Shown here: piece after piece, positions 53,425 through 62,242 of the stretch | Position numbering within the stretch: the first letter of the stretch is position 1 | How the letters are laid out: every line of letters starts with the position of its first letter | Source of the DNA: Limnothrix sp. BL-A-16 | GTDB lineage: Bacteria; Cyanobacteriota; Cyanobacteriia; CACIAM-69d | Length of the DNA: 64,000 nt | Reading direction: 5' to 3' | Assembly: GCA_041937175.2 (NCBI GenBank) | Contig: CP166615.1 | Location: 4,320,001-4,384,000 of the forward strand | Program-made: the position numbers and the translations under genes | The notes under the pieces: generated by a model | Told to the model about the DNA's origin: nothing | The model's database searches: none | Seen by the model: the letters and a program-made list of their open reading frames with translations, nothing else

Positions 53425-53566
53425 GGGATGTTGTCAAATCGCATGAAGCCCTGATTTTCCCGTTACGTGATCGTTGGGCAGCAAGGGGCTTAAGCCCCTT
53501 GTTACAACGGTTGAGGGATGAACAATCAACCATTTCAGCTTCACGCTAGGTAATGACAACAGGTAT
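53424..53566. mobile_element. MITE-like element, family B (about 143 bp), with central palindrome
   Basis: TA-GGGGATGTTGTCA..TGACAACAGGTAT-TA; palindrome at 53482-53501; colinear with 59903-60066. Confidence 0.7.
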
Positions 53567-53596
53567 TAGATCCTGGATTCCTGACGGAGAGAGAAG

Positions 53597-54400
53597 ATGA
53601 CGGTGGTGGTAGCCGCGCTCTATCAGTTTGTGGCGGTGGATGATTGGGCCGATTGGCGATCGCAGTGGCTCGATCGGGCCGAAACCCTGGGCATTCGCGG
53701 CACGTTGCTGCTGGCCCAAGAGGGAATTAACGGCACGATCGCGGGTACTCGCGAGGCGATCGACCAAATGTTGGCGACCCTGCGATCGCACCCGGCCCTC
53801 ACGGATTTGAGCGCCCGCGAGTCGATCGCCCCGGCCATGCCTTTCCAGCGGCTGAAAATCAAACTGAAGCGGGAAATCGTCACCTTCAACCAACCGGTGG
53901 CCCCCACGGAGCGGACGGGAACCCGCGTGGCTCCGAGCGACTGGAACGCGCTGATCGCGGATCCAGAGGTGAAGCTAATCGACACGCGCAACCAATTTGA
54001 AGTGTCGATCGGTTCGTTTCAGGGGGCGATCGACCCGGAAACCCAGACCTTCACGGAATTTCCCGAGGCGGTGGAACGGCTGCTGGATCCCCAGCGCGAT
54101 CGCAAGGTGGCTATGTTCTGTACGGGCGGCATCCGCTGCGAAAAGGCTTCGGCTTACCTGTTGGCCCAAGGGTTCGAGCAGGTCTACCAACTGGAGGGCG
54201 GCATTCTCAATTACTTAGCCACCGTTGACCCGGCGGAAAGCGCCTGGCAGGGCGAATGCTTCGTATTTGACGAGCGGGTGGCGCTGCAACATGGCTTGCA
54301 ACCGGGGACGTATCAAATGTGCCGCGCTTGTGGTCGGCCGGTCGATCGCGATCTCGATACCTGCCCCCACTGCCAATCCAGTTTGGGAGATGCTTCGTGA
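53597..54400 (+). CDS. trhO: Rhodanese-related tRNA uridine(34) hydroxylase TrhO
   Basis: GTLLLAQEGINGT, KLKREIV, DTRN.FE, MFCTGGIRCEKA, LEGGIL.YL, G.CFVFDERV. Confidence 0.9.
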   Translation: MTVVVAALYQFVAVDDWADWRSQWLDRAETLGIRGTLLLAQEGINGTIAGTREAIDQMLATLRSHPALTDLSARESIAPAMPFQRLKIKLKREIVTFNQPVAPTERTGTRVAPSDWNALIADPEVKLIDTRNQFEVSIGSFQGAIDPETQTFTEFPEAVERLLDPQRDRKVAMFCTGGIRCEKASAYLLAQGFEQVYQLEGGILNYLATVDPAESAWQGECFVFDERVALQHGLQPGTYQMCRACGRPVDRDLDTCPHCQSSLGDAS

Positions 54401-54891
54401 GCGATCGGGCGACTGAAATGATTGAAATTTGGCAAGATCCGGCGGTGGTGCGCCATGTCGATCGCCTCTGGGCAAGTTTCCAGCGGGTGGTGGGCCGATC
54501 GCTGGGGGATTTACCGGCGGATCTCGACCCGATCGAGCGATCGCGCCGGATTTTTCATGCACCTTTTGTGGTGGTGTCCCACGGCACGGAAGCTGACCCG
54601 ATTTTTAACTATGCCAACCAAAGGGCGATCGAGTTGTGGGAGCTGAGTTGGGATGAGTTTGTGCAGTTACCTTCTCGGTTGAGCGCTGAGCCGATCGCCC
54701 GAGAAGAGCGCGCCAAAATGTTAGCAGAAGCAGCCGATCGGGGTTATATCAGCAACTATCAAGGGGTGCGAATTTCTAAAACGGGTCGCCGGTTTCGGAT
54801 TCTCGATGGGCTGATTTGGAACTTATTAGATGAGGCCGGTCAACCCTACGGTCAAGCTGCTACCTTTGAACAAATTACCCCGATCAATTAA
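54397..54891 (+). CDS. MEKHLA domain protein
   Basis: APFVVVSHGTEADPIFNYAN, LPSRLSAE, Y.GVRISKTGRRF.I, GQAATF; GTG start overlaps the trhO stop. Confidence 0.9.
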   Translation: MSDRATEMIEIWQDPAVVRHVDRLWASFQRVVGRSLGDLPADLDPIERSRRIFHAPFVVVSHGTEADPIFNYANQRAIELWELSWDEFVQLPSRLSAEPIAREERAKMLAEAADRGYISNYQGVRISKTGRRFRILDGLIWNLLDEAGQPYGQAATFEQITPIN

Positions 54892-54924
54892 TCCAATTTG
54901 ATCATTCACCATCATGCGAACATT

Positions 54925-55097
54925 GTAAGGGCAGGTTTCAAGCTATTGGCTTCAACTTAAGACCGAGAGAATATCCGGGTAGGGGCGTACGGCCGTACGC
55001 CCCTACAGGGTTGACGGGTTTCAATCAACATTGACTGGGATGATTTTGAACATACTAACTGTTAAGTTGAGGCACATGGTTTGAAACCTACCTCTAC
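54925..55097. mobile_element. 173-bp inverted-repeat element with a perfect REP palindrome inside
   Basis: 36-bp inverted repeats at 54925-54960 and 55062-55097 (28/36); GTAGGGGCGTACGGCCGTACGCCCCTAC at 54979-55006. Confidence 0.75.
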
Positions 55098-55122
55098 CGG
55101 GATTGTTGATAGTTAGGATGAT

Positions 55123-55497
55123 TCAATTGTTGTAATGGGCGATCACTCGGGTAACCTTGCCCCTGTTATTGAGCTTCATAAACTCGCCCGACTGCGTGCC
55201 CTGTTGGTTGATGTAGTAAAGCACCAAACTTTCAATACCCCACATCACATCCAACAGCTCAAACTGGAGATTGGGATAGACCTCTAATCCCTTTTGGAAA
55301 TAGCGACGAAGGGCCGCTTTTCCTTGCACCGTTCCCGTCGGGTCACCCAAGAGCCGAGCCGCGATCGGGGAAATCAACACCACCTCTTCCGCGTAGTGGC
55401 TCAAAATGCGATCGAGATCGTGGCTATTCCAAGCCGCCACCCACTCTTGCGCAAATTCCTGGGCCTGGGATTGAGTCAGCATCGGGTTTTTCCTCAT
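55123..55497 (-). CDS. NTF2/SnoaL-like protein
   Basis: FAQEWVAAWNSHDLDRILSHY, SP, GKAALRRYF. Confidence 0.88.
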   Translation of the reverse strand: MRKNPMLTQSQAQEFAQEWVAAWNSHDLDRILSHYAEEVVLISPIAARLLGDPTGTVQGKAALRRYFQKGLEVYPNLQFELLDVMWGIESLVLYYINQQGTQSGEFMKLNNRGKVTRVIAHYNN

Positions 55498-55527
55498 TGA
55501 GTTGATCGCCTGGAATTTTAGGGGATC

Positions 55528-55998
55528 TCAATAGGGTTGACCATCTCGATGATAGATAGCCCAAGCACCATCTGCTTGTTGACAAACTTTCAAATCATCG
55601 TTCGGATAGGTCACCTCATCGCCCGCCGTGCGATCGCCCACTTCCAAATAAACTGCGTCCTCAGTCGATCGATTAATCAGTTGATGGGCGATGCCAGTTC
55701 CGGCCTTGAAGCCATAGCAATCACCAGAATGCAACTCAAATTCCCGATCGCCCACAATCAGGGTGAGCGTTCCCGCCAAAACAAAAATAAATTCATCTTG
55801 TTTGGAGTGAGAATGGGCAAGGGCCGACGCGGAACCGGGCGCAAGTTCGGTTAAATTCACCCCAAAGTTTGACAATTGAAAATAATCGCCCAATTTTCGC
55901 TTTAATCGACCCTTAACCACCGCGTCATAGGGTGATGGATAGATGGTTTGGCCGCGCTGGGCGGGCACATTGTTGGCCGTAATCGGGTTAGGTTCCAT
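55528..55998 (-). CDS. Cupin domain protein
   Basis: FGVNLTELAPG.S..HSHSKQDEFIFVL.G, F.AG..AH.LINR, YLEVGDR. Confidence 0.9.
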   Translation of the reverse strand: MEPNPITANNVPAQRGQTIYPSPYDAVVKGRLKRKLGDYFQLSNFGVNLTELAPGSASALAHSHSKQDEFIFVLAGTLTLIVGDREFELHSGDCYGFKAGTGIAHQLINRSTEDAVYLEVGDRTAGDEVTYPNDDLKVCQQADGAWAIYHRDGQPY

Positions 55999-56186
55999 GA
56001 AGTTGCTGGGCGCGATCGCGCAAGGGATGTGAATCGATCGATTCTCCAGTTTTAGCCTAGAAGTTTAGCGGCCCTTGCTTCACAAAAAATGCCCCATCGC
56101 GATCGCCCGGCCCAAACAGTGGGGGCGGCAATGGCACAATAGAAACCGTTAGAAACCGTTTTCCTTTTTTAGATCGCGGGTGCATT

Positions 56187-57137
56187 ATGGACTCCGTTGC
56201 TCCTCAGCGGGCCTTGCTGCTAGTGAATTCCAAATCGCGCCGAGGGCGGCAACTGCTCGGCCGGGCGATCGCCATTTTGGATGAAATGGGGTTTGAGCTA
56301 ATTTTTCGCAGCACTAAGCGATCGAGCGATTTTCGCGATCTGATTCGGCAATATGCCAGCCGGATCGATTGTGTGATTATTGGCGGCGGTGACGGAACCC
56401 TGAATGCAGCGCTGCCCGCCTTGATCGAAACCCGGTTGCCTCTCGGCATTTTGCCCCTGGGAACCGCCAACGACCTGGCGCGCACCCTGGCGATTCCGGC
56501 AGACTTGAAACAGGCCTGTGCGGTGGTGGCCCAAGGTGTAACCAAGGCGATCGACGTGGGGCAAGTGAACGATCGCTATTTTTTCAATGTGGCCAGTCTG
56601 GGGCTAAGTGTCAGCATCACGCGCCAATTGAGCGGGGAAATCAAAAAGCGGTGGGGTGTGTTGGCCTACGCGATCACGGCAATTCAAGCCCTTTGGAAAT
56701 CGCGTCCTTTTACCGCGAAAATTGAAGTAAACGGCGAACTGCTGACGGTCAAAACCGTGCAAATTGCTGTGGGGAATGGACGCTATTATGGCGGTGGTTT
56801 GAGCGTGGCTTGGGATGCATCTATTGATGATCAGCGGCTGGATTTATACAGCCTGGAAATTGCCCATTGGTGGCAAATGTTGCCGCTTTTACCTGCGATG
56901 CACGCCGGTCGCCTCAATGATTGTGTGAATGTGCGAACGATCGAGGCCACATCCTTAAAAATCACCACCAGTCGCCCCCGATCCATCAACACCGACGGGG
57001 AGCTATCGACCGCCACACCCGCTGAATTTCGAGTGCTGCCCGCTCAACTGAAGGTTTTTGTGCCAGCGGCGCGATCGAACAGTACCCAGGCGAATAGTAC
57101 CCAATCGAATAATGCCCGATCGAACAACTTAGAATGA
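56187..57137 (+). CDS. Lipid kinase (YegS/DAGK family)
   Basis: GGGDGT, LPLGTANDLAR, GNGRYYGGG, TDGE. Confidence 0.92.
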   Translation: MDSVAPQRALLLVNSKSRRGRQLLGRAIAILDEMGFELIFRSTKRSSDFRDLIRQYASRIDCVIIGGGDGTLNAALPALIETRLPLGILPLGTANDLARTLAIPADLKQACAVVAQGVTKAIDVGQVNDRYFFNVASLGLSVSITRQLSGEIKKRWGVLAYAITAIQALWKSRPFTAKIEVNGELLTVKTVQIAVGNGRYYGGGLSVAWDASIDDQRLDLYSLEIAHWWQMLPLLPAMHAGRLNDCVNVRTIEATSLKITTSRPRSINTDGELSTATPAEFRVLPAQLKVFVPAARSNSTQANSTQSNNARSNNLE

Positions 57138-57155
57138 GAATTCATTCAAGCTGGA

Positions 57156-57821
57156 GTGAAGCTCATGAATCAAAAAAACTATCCTCGGGTGATTTTTCTC
57201 GATGCCGTGGGCACACTATTTGGCGTGGCGGAAAGCGTGGGTCAGCAATATGCCCAAATGGCGAGTCAGCTCTTTAGGTTGCAATTAGATGATCAAGTCT
57301 TAGATCAAGCTTTTTATGATTGCTTTAAGGCGGCGGATCCTTGTGTTTTTCCAGGGGTTGATCGCGATCAATTACCCCACCTGGAATATCAATGGTGGGA
57401 AAGTCTGGCAGAACAAACGTTTACGCAGGCTGGATTATTTTCCGAAATTCCGGATTTCGCGACCTATTTCGCAGCCCTTTATGATCGCTTTGCCACGGCG
57501 GCCCCTTGGTCTGTGTATCCGGAAGTGCAGGACACCTTAGCCAATTGGCAGCGGCTGGGCATTGAGCTGGGAATTCTCTCAAATTTCGATACGCGGCTTT
57601 ATCGCGTGTTGGATGTGTTGGATTTGACGCGCTATTTCAAGAGTTTCACCCTTTCGACGGAAGTGGGAGCCGCCAAGCCCGATCGCGCTGTGTTTGCCGC
57701 GGCCTTGGCCCAGCATGGCTGTGAACCAGCGGCCGCTTGGCACATTGGCGACAGCCTGGAGGATGACTACCAAGGGGCCACAGCGGCGGGGCTGCGGGCC
57801 CTGTGGCTAAACCGGCGGTAA
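57156..57821 (+). CDS. HAD-IA family hydrolase
   Basis: [24 protein letters not shown]. Confidence 0.9.
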   Translation: MKLMNQKNYPRVIFLDAVGTLFGVAESVGQQYAQMASQLFRLQLDDQVLDQAFYDCFKAADPCVFPGVDRDQLPHLEYQWWESLAEQTFTQAGLFSEIPDFATYFAALYDRFATAAPWSVYPEVQDTLANWQRLGIELGILSNFDTRLYRVLDVLDLTRYFKSFTLSTEVGAAKPDRAVFAAALAQHGCEPAAAWHIGDSLEDDYQGATAAGLRALWLNRR

Positions 57822-57889
57822 AGTGTAGTGGCTCTGGGCGCGATCGACCGCAGCCGCGATCGTCGCCCGCCGATTGCCATTCTTTAGCC

Positions 57890-58804
57890 ATGACCTCCTT
57901 GAACGCCGTTACCGTCACCGTTCCTGCCACCACCGCCAACTTGGGCCCCGGCTTTGACTGTTTGGGGGCTTCGTTGGCGTTGTACAACGAATTTCGCTTC
58001 ACCCGAATTGAGTCGGGCCTAGAAATTATCCCCACCGGCACGGAGGCGGATCGCGTCTCGCGGGATGAAACCAACCTGGTTTACCGTTCCTATGCCAAGG
58101 TGTTTGAACTGGCGCAGGAAACGCCCTATCCGGTGCGGATTGAGATTGGCTTGGGTGTGCCCTTGGCCCGGGGATTGGGCAGCTCGGCCACGGCGATCGC
58201 GGCGGGCATTGCTGGCGCAAACTATTTGTTAGGGGGGGCGCTGTCACCGGCCCAGGTGTTGGCCCTGGCGATCGAAACGGAGGGCCATCCCGATAACATC
58301 GTGCCGGCCCTGTTGGGGGGCTGTCGCTTGGCGGCCGATCGCGAAGGGGTTTGGACCCAATGCGAAGTGCCCTGGCATTCCTCGATTCAACCGGTGATTG
58401 CGGTTCCCAACTTTGAGCTATCCACCGAAGCGGCTCGCAGCGTGTTGCCCCCCAGCTATTCCCGGGCCGATGCCATTTTTAATGCAGCTCACTTAGGTCT
58501 CTTGTTGCGGGGCATCAACGAAGGGCGCGGCGATTGGCTGACCACCGCCATGCAGGATCGGATCCACCAACCCTATCGGATGACCCTGATTCCCGGTTTT
58601 GAGGCGGTACGGCAGGCGGCGATCGAGGCGGGAGCCTATGAATTAGTGATTAGTGGTGCGGGGCCAACCCTGCTGGCCCTGGCCCACCGAGACAAGGCGG
58701 CGGCCGTGGGTGAAGCCATGCAAACGGCTTGGACGGCAACGGGCATTGGAGCCGTAGCGGGGCCGGTGGAGTTGGATGTGTATGGAACCCGAGTCCAGCC
58801 GTAA
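57890..58804 (+). CDS. thrB: Homoserine kinase
   Basis: [42 protein letters not shown]. Confidence 0.97.
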   Translation: MTSLNAVTVTVPATTANLGPGFDCLGASLALYNEFRFTRIESGLEIIPTGTEADRVSRDETNLVYRSYAKVFELAQETPYPVRIEIGLGVPLARGLGSSATAIAAGIAGANYLLGGALSPAQVLALAIETEGHPDNIVPALLGGCRLAADREGVWTQCEVPWHSSIQPVIAVPNFELSTEAARSVLPPSYSRADAIFNAAHLGLLLRGINEGRGDWLTTAMQDRIHQPYRMTLIPGFEAVRQAAIEAGAYELVISGAGPTLLALAHRDKAAAVGEAMQTAWTATGIGAVAGPVELDVYGTRVQP

Positions 58805-58866
58805 ACTGGCCCCAAATCGGGGGAATTTGCCCATGGAATTTCCCGGTTATCCATCAGGGGCAGACT

Positions 58867-59805
58867 ATGGCACAGGTTTGGGTTTTGGGGAGCATCAATG
58901 CCGATCGCACGGTGACAGTGGCCCAGTTGCCACGGCCGGGAGAAACGGTGCTGGCTGGGGCGATCGGGGAGGCCAGCGGCGGCAAAGGGGCCAATCAGGC
59001 CGTTGCGGCGGCCAAGTTGGGGGTGGCCACGGCCCTGATTGGCCGCGTGGGTGAAGACGCGATCGGGGAAACCCTGCTGCAAGATCTGCAAGCCAGCGGG
59101 GTTGATATCAGTCGGGTGGCGATCGACTCCTTGGCCCCCACGGGCCAGGCCTGGATTGCGGTGGATGGCCGGGGCCAAAACCAAATCATCGTGTTGCCCG
59201 GTGCTAACCAGGCGGTGGGCGGCGCTGAGGTCGATCGCCTCCAACGCTCCTTGGGCAGTGCCCCACGCCCGATCGCCCTGTTGCTGCAACTGGAAGTGCC
59301 CTTGGCGGCCGTGGTGGCCGCGGCCCAAGCGGGCCAAGCGGCCGGGGCGATCGTCCTTTTGGATCCGGCCCCGGCTCCCGAGCACCTCCCCCCGGAACTG
59401 TGGGCCGCGATCGATTGGATCACCCCCAACGCCACGGAAGCGGCCCAACTGGTGGGCTTCCCGGTGCAAACCCCCGAGGATGCGGCCCGCGCGGCCACCA
59501 GGCTTCAGGAGTTGGGAGCCGAGGGGGCCATTGTGACCTTGGGCGAGCAGGGGGCTTGGGTGGCTGGGCCGACGGATTGTTTTTGGCAACCGGCCTTCCC
59601 GGTCAGGGCGATCGACGCTGTGGCGGCGGGGGATGGGTTCAATGGAGCGTTGGCGGCGGCGTTGGTGGCGGGGCAACCCCTCCCGGAGGCCGTGCGGCGA
59701 GCAGCAGCGGCGGGCGCACTCACAACCACCCGATCGGGGGCCCAATCCGCCCTGCCCAATGCCGGAGAGCTGACGGCTTTTCTGGCCCAAAACGCATCAA
59801 ATTAA
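58867..59805 (+). CDS. rbsK: Ribokinase
   Basis: GSINAD, LPRPGET, GGKGANQA, QLE, DPAPA, TPN..EA, DAVAAGDGFNG. Confidence 0.92.
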   Translation: MAQVWVLGSINADRTVTVAQLPRPGETVLAGAIGEASGGKGANQAVAAAKLGVATALIGRVGEDAIGETLLQDLQASGVDISRVAIDSLAPTGQAWIAVDGRGQNQIIVLPGANQAVGGAEVDRLQRSLGSAPRPIALLLQLEVPLAAVVAAAQAGQAAGAIVLLDPAPAPEHLPPELWAAIDWITPNATEAAQLVGFPVQTPEDAARAATRLQELGAEGAIVTLGEQGAWVAGPTDCFWQPAFPVRAIDAVAAGDGFNGALAAALVAGQPLPEAVRRAAAAGALTTTRSGAQSALPNAGELTAFLAQNASN

Positions 59806-59835
59806 TTCCGATTAATTCCGAGCATCTAGACCTGA

Positions 59836-60132
59836 GAAGCTGTCTCCACGACCAAAACTGCTATGCAACTGGCCCGATCGATCCACGAAGCCAAGGGGCT
59901 TCAGGCCTGTCGTCAAGTCGCCTGAAACCCTGATTCCACCGTTGGCAGATCGTGGGGGACTCGTGGGGGACTCGTGGGGGACAAGGGGCTTAAGCCCCTT
60001 GTTACGACGATTAGGGCACGGAAGGTCAATCGTTTCAGCATCACCTCGAAAAATGACGACACCCCCTAAGCCCCTTGCCCCAACGACGATCGGTGCTTGA
60101 CCTATGCCAACAAGTCCTTTTTCGGCATCCGC
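59836..60132. mobile_element. Family A MITE (reverse orientation) interrupted at its central palindrome by a family B MITE
   Basis: Reverse complements of the two outer halves align without gaps to 20864-20994; palindrome split into CAAGGGGCT and TAAGCCCCTTG. Confidence 0.75.
59903..60066. mobile_element. Family B MITE (nested insert) with a triplicated TCGTGGGGGAC and its own central palindrome
   Basis: AGGCCTGTCGTCA..TGACGACACCCCC ends; palindrome at 59982-60001; 11-mer x3 at 59950-59982. Confidence 0.75.
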
Positions 60133-60144
60133 TCAGCCCCGCGC

Positions 60145-60726
60145 TTAGCCGGCCCCCAGATCGAAGCGATCGCCCAAAGAACTGAGTCGCACCGAGCTAG
60201 GTTCGTCTGCCAAGGAAGTGGGATGGCAGGCACAATCCACCTTGGGCAAGTTGGTTTCTGGTTGACTTTCTGGGTGATTCTCTGGGTGATTGGTGCGATC
60301 GCCATGGGCCGAATCACCACTAACCCGATCGCCCGTTCCCTCCTCCCGCGCACTACAGCGATCGCACAGGCCGTAAAACTCCAACGTGTGATAAAACACC
60401 CGAAACCGGTGCTCCCTGCTCAATCGCTGGGTCAAATCCTGCACGGGACATTCATGGATCGGTTGCGATCGCCCACATTGGATGCAGTTCAAATGGTGGC
60501 GGTCTTTTTTGATAAAGCTGTAGAGCGATTCACCGCTGGCCAACATCCGCACCTGCACCGCCCCATTCAGCTTCAGGGTTTCCAGGGCCCGATAAACCGT
60601 GGCTAGCCCCATGCCTTGCCCCACATCGCGCAGTTTGATGTAGAGCGCCTGGGCGGAAATTTCGCCTTCAATGGTTTGCAGCACCTGCAAAACACGCTCT
60701 TGGTTTCGGGTCAGGGGTCGTTTCAT
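60145..60726 (-). CDS. Fur family metalloregulator (most like Zur/FurB)
   Basis: LTRNQ..VL, SAQ.LY, GLATVYRALE.L, HHLNCIQCG, HTLEFYGLCDRC; long C-terminal extension. Confidence 0.9.
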   Translation of the reverse strand: MKRPLTRNQERVLQVLQTIEGEISAQALYIKLRDVGQGMGLATVYRALETLKLNGAVQVRMLASGESLYSFIKKDRHHLNCIQCGRSQPIHECPVQDLTQRLSREHRFRVFYHTLEFYGLCDRCSAREEGTGDRVSGDSAHGDRTNHPENHPESQPETNLPKVDCACHPTSLADEPSSVRLSSLGDRFDLGAG

Positions 60727-60982
60727 GGCGATCTCAGACCCCGAAGAATGCTGGCTCGATCGGGGTGGTTCTGTTCCTATTCAATCAGGTTTTTCAGCCG
60801 GTTCCTGGCGGAATCTGGCTCCCGGGGGAACTCCCAGCGCCGGGCCGCTGGAACCGGCCCCCCTCGCCTTAAGATAGTGTCTTGATCGTTGGATTGCCGT
60901 GGTTGCTCAATCCCAACCCAAACGTTAGCATCACCCTTGGTTCCCCAACTCGATCGTCGCCATCCCAGAGGTTTCTAGCCCC

Positions 60983-61237
60983 GTGAGTACCCAGCAATAT
61001 CGCGCCAAAATCCACGTTACCTTGCGTCCCTCGGTGCTCGATCCGGCCGGTGTGGCGGTGCAGTCCGGCCTGAAGCAGTTGGGCTATGAAGGGGTGGATT
61101 CCGTGCGCATTGGCAAATACATTGAGCTGACCGTGGCGGCGACGGATCCAGACGCGGCCCGCAGCCAAGTGGATGAAATGTGCGATCGCCTGTTGGCCAA
61201 CCCCACCATCGAAAACTACTCGATCGAAATTGCCTAA
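60983..61237 (+). CDS. purS: Phosphoribosylformylglycinamidine synthase subunit PurS
   Basis: VTLRPSVLDPAG, VRIGKYIEL, CDRLLANP.IENY. Confidence 0.96.
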   Translation: MSTQQYRAKIHVTLRPSVLDPAGVAVQSGLKQLGYEGVDSVRIGKYIELTVAATDPDAARSQVDEMCDRLLANPTIENYSIEIA

Positions 61238-61261
61238 ACGCACCCATCCCCACATTCACCC

Positions 61262-62137
61262 ATGGGCAACCTTCAGCAAACAGGGCGGGCGATCGTGCGG
61301 TTGCTGCGCTGGGACAAACCGGCGGGGCGGCTGATTCTGCTGATTCCGGCCCTGTGGGCCTTGGTGTTGGCCAGTGATGGCCGGCCCCATCCCCTGTTGG
61401 TGCTGGTGGTGGTGGTGGGCACGATCGCCACCAGTGCCGCCGGTTGTGTGGTGAATGACCTGTGGGATCGCAACATTGACCCCAAGGTGGAGCGCACCAA
61501 ACAACGGCCCCTGGCCGCCCGATCGCTCTCGGTGAAAGTGGGCGTGGGGGTGATGCTGGTGGCGGCCCTCTGTGCGGCCGGGCTGTTGCCCTTTTTGAAT
61601 GGTTTAAGCGTGCTGCTTTGCGTGGCGGCCGTGCCGGTAATTGCGCTCTATCCGGCGGCCAAGCGGGTGTTTCCGGTTCCGCAACTGGTGCTGGCGATCG
61701 CCTGGGGGTTTGCGGTGCTGATTCCTTGGAGCGCGGCGATCAACCCGCCCAGTTTGGACTTGCCGGCCTGGTTGCTCTGGGGCGCGGTGGTGCTCTGGAC
61801 GCTGGGCTTTGATACGGTCTATGCCTTGGCCGATCGGGAGGATGATCGCCGGTTGGGCATCCATTCCAGCGCCCTCTTCTTTGGCGATTTGGCTCCCCAG
61901 GCGATCGGGGCATTTTATGCGGGCACGGCTCTGTTGTTGGCCTACACGGCTTTGGCCCTGGAGCTAAACATTGGGTTCTGGCTCACCCTGTTCGGGGCGA
62001 TCGGCCTTTGGGTGCGGCAATACCTGCGCCTGAGCGATCGACAACTATCGCGGGCGGCCTACGGCAAAATGTTCGCGGAAAACGTGACGATCGGCTTTGT
62101 GCTGTTGGCCGGAATGCTGGTCGGCTGCTGGTTCTAA
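61262..62137 (+). CDS. ubiA: 4-hydroxybenzoate solanesyl/polyprenyltransferase
   Basis: LLRWDKPAG, GCVVNDLWDRNIDPKVERT..RPLA, YP.AKR, FDTVYA..DREDD. Confidence 0.93.
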   Translation: MGNLQQTGRAIVRLLRWDKPAGRLILLIPALWALVLASDGRPHPLLVLVVVVGTIATSAAGCVVNDLWDRNIDPKVERTKQRPLAARSLSVKVGVGVMLVAALCAAGLLPFLNGLSVLLCVAAVPVIALYPAAKRVFPVPQLVLAIAWGFAVLIPWSAAINPPSLDLPAWLLWGAVVLWTLGFDTVYALADREDDRRLGIHSSALFFGDLAPQAIGAFYAGTALLLAYTALALELNIGFWLTLFGAIGLWVRQYLRLSDRQLSRAAYGKMFAENVTIGFVLLAGMLVGCWF

Positions 62138-62242
62138 ACATTTCCCGTCGTTTACAGGCTGGGTGGGATGTCAAACAGCCCTGCCGGATGGCGTTCCAGA
62201 CGAAGCGATCTAGATTGGAAATGCTGGTTGGGGAACAACACC

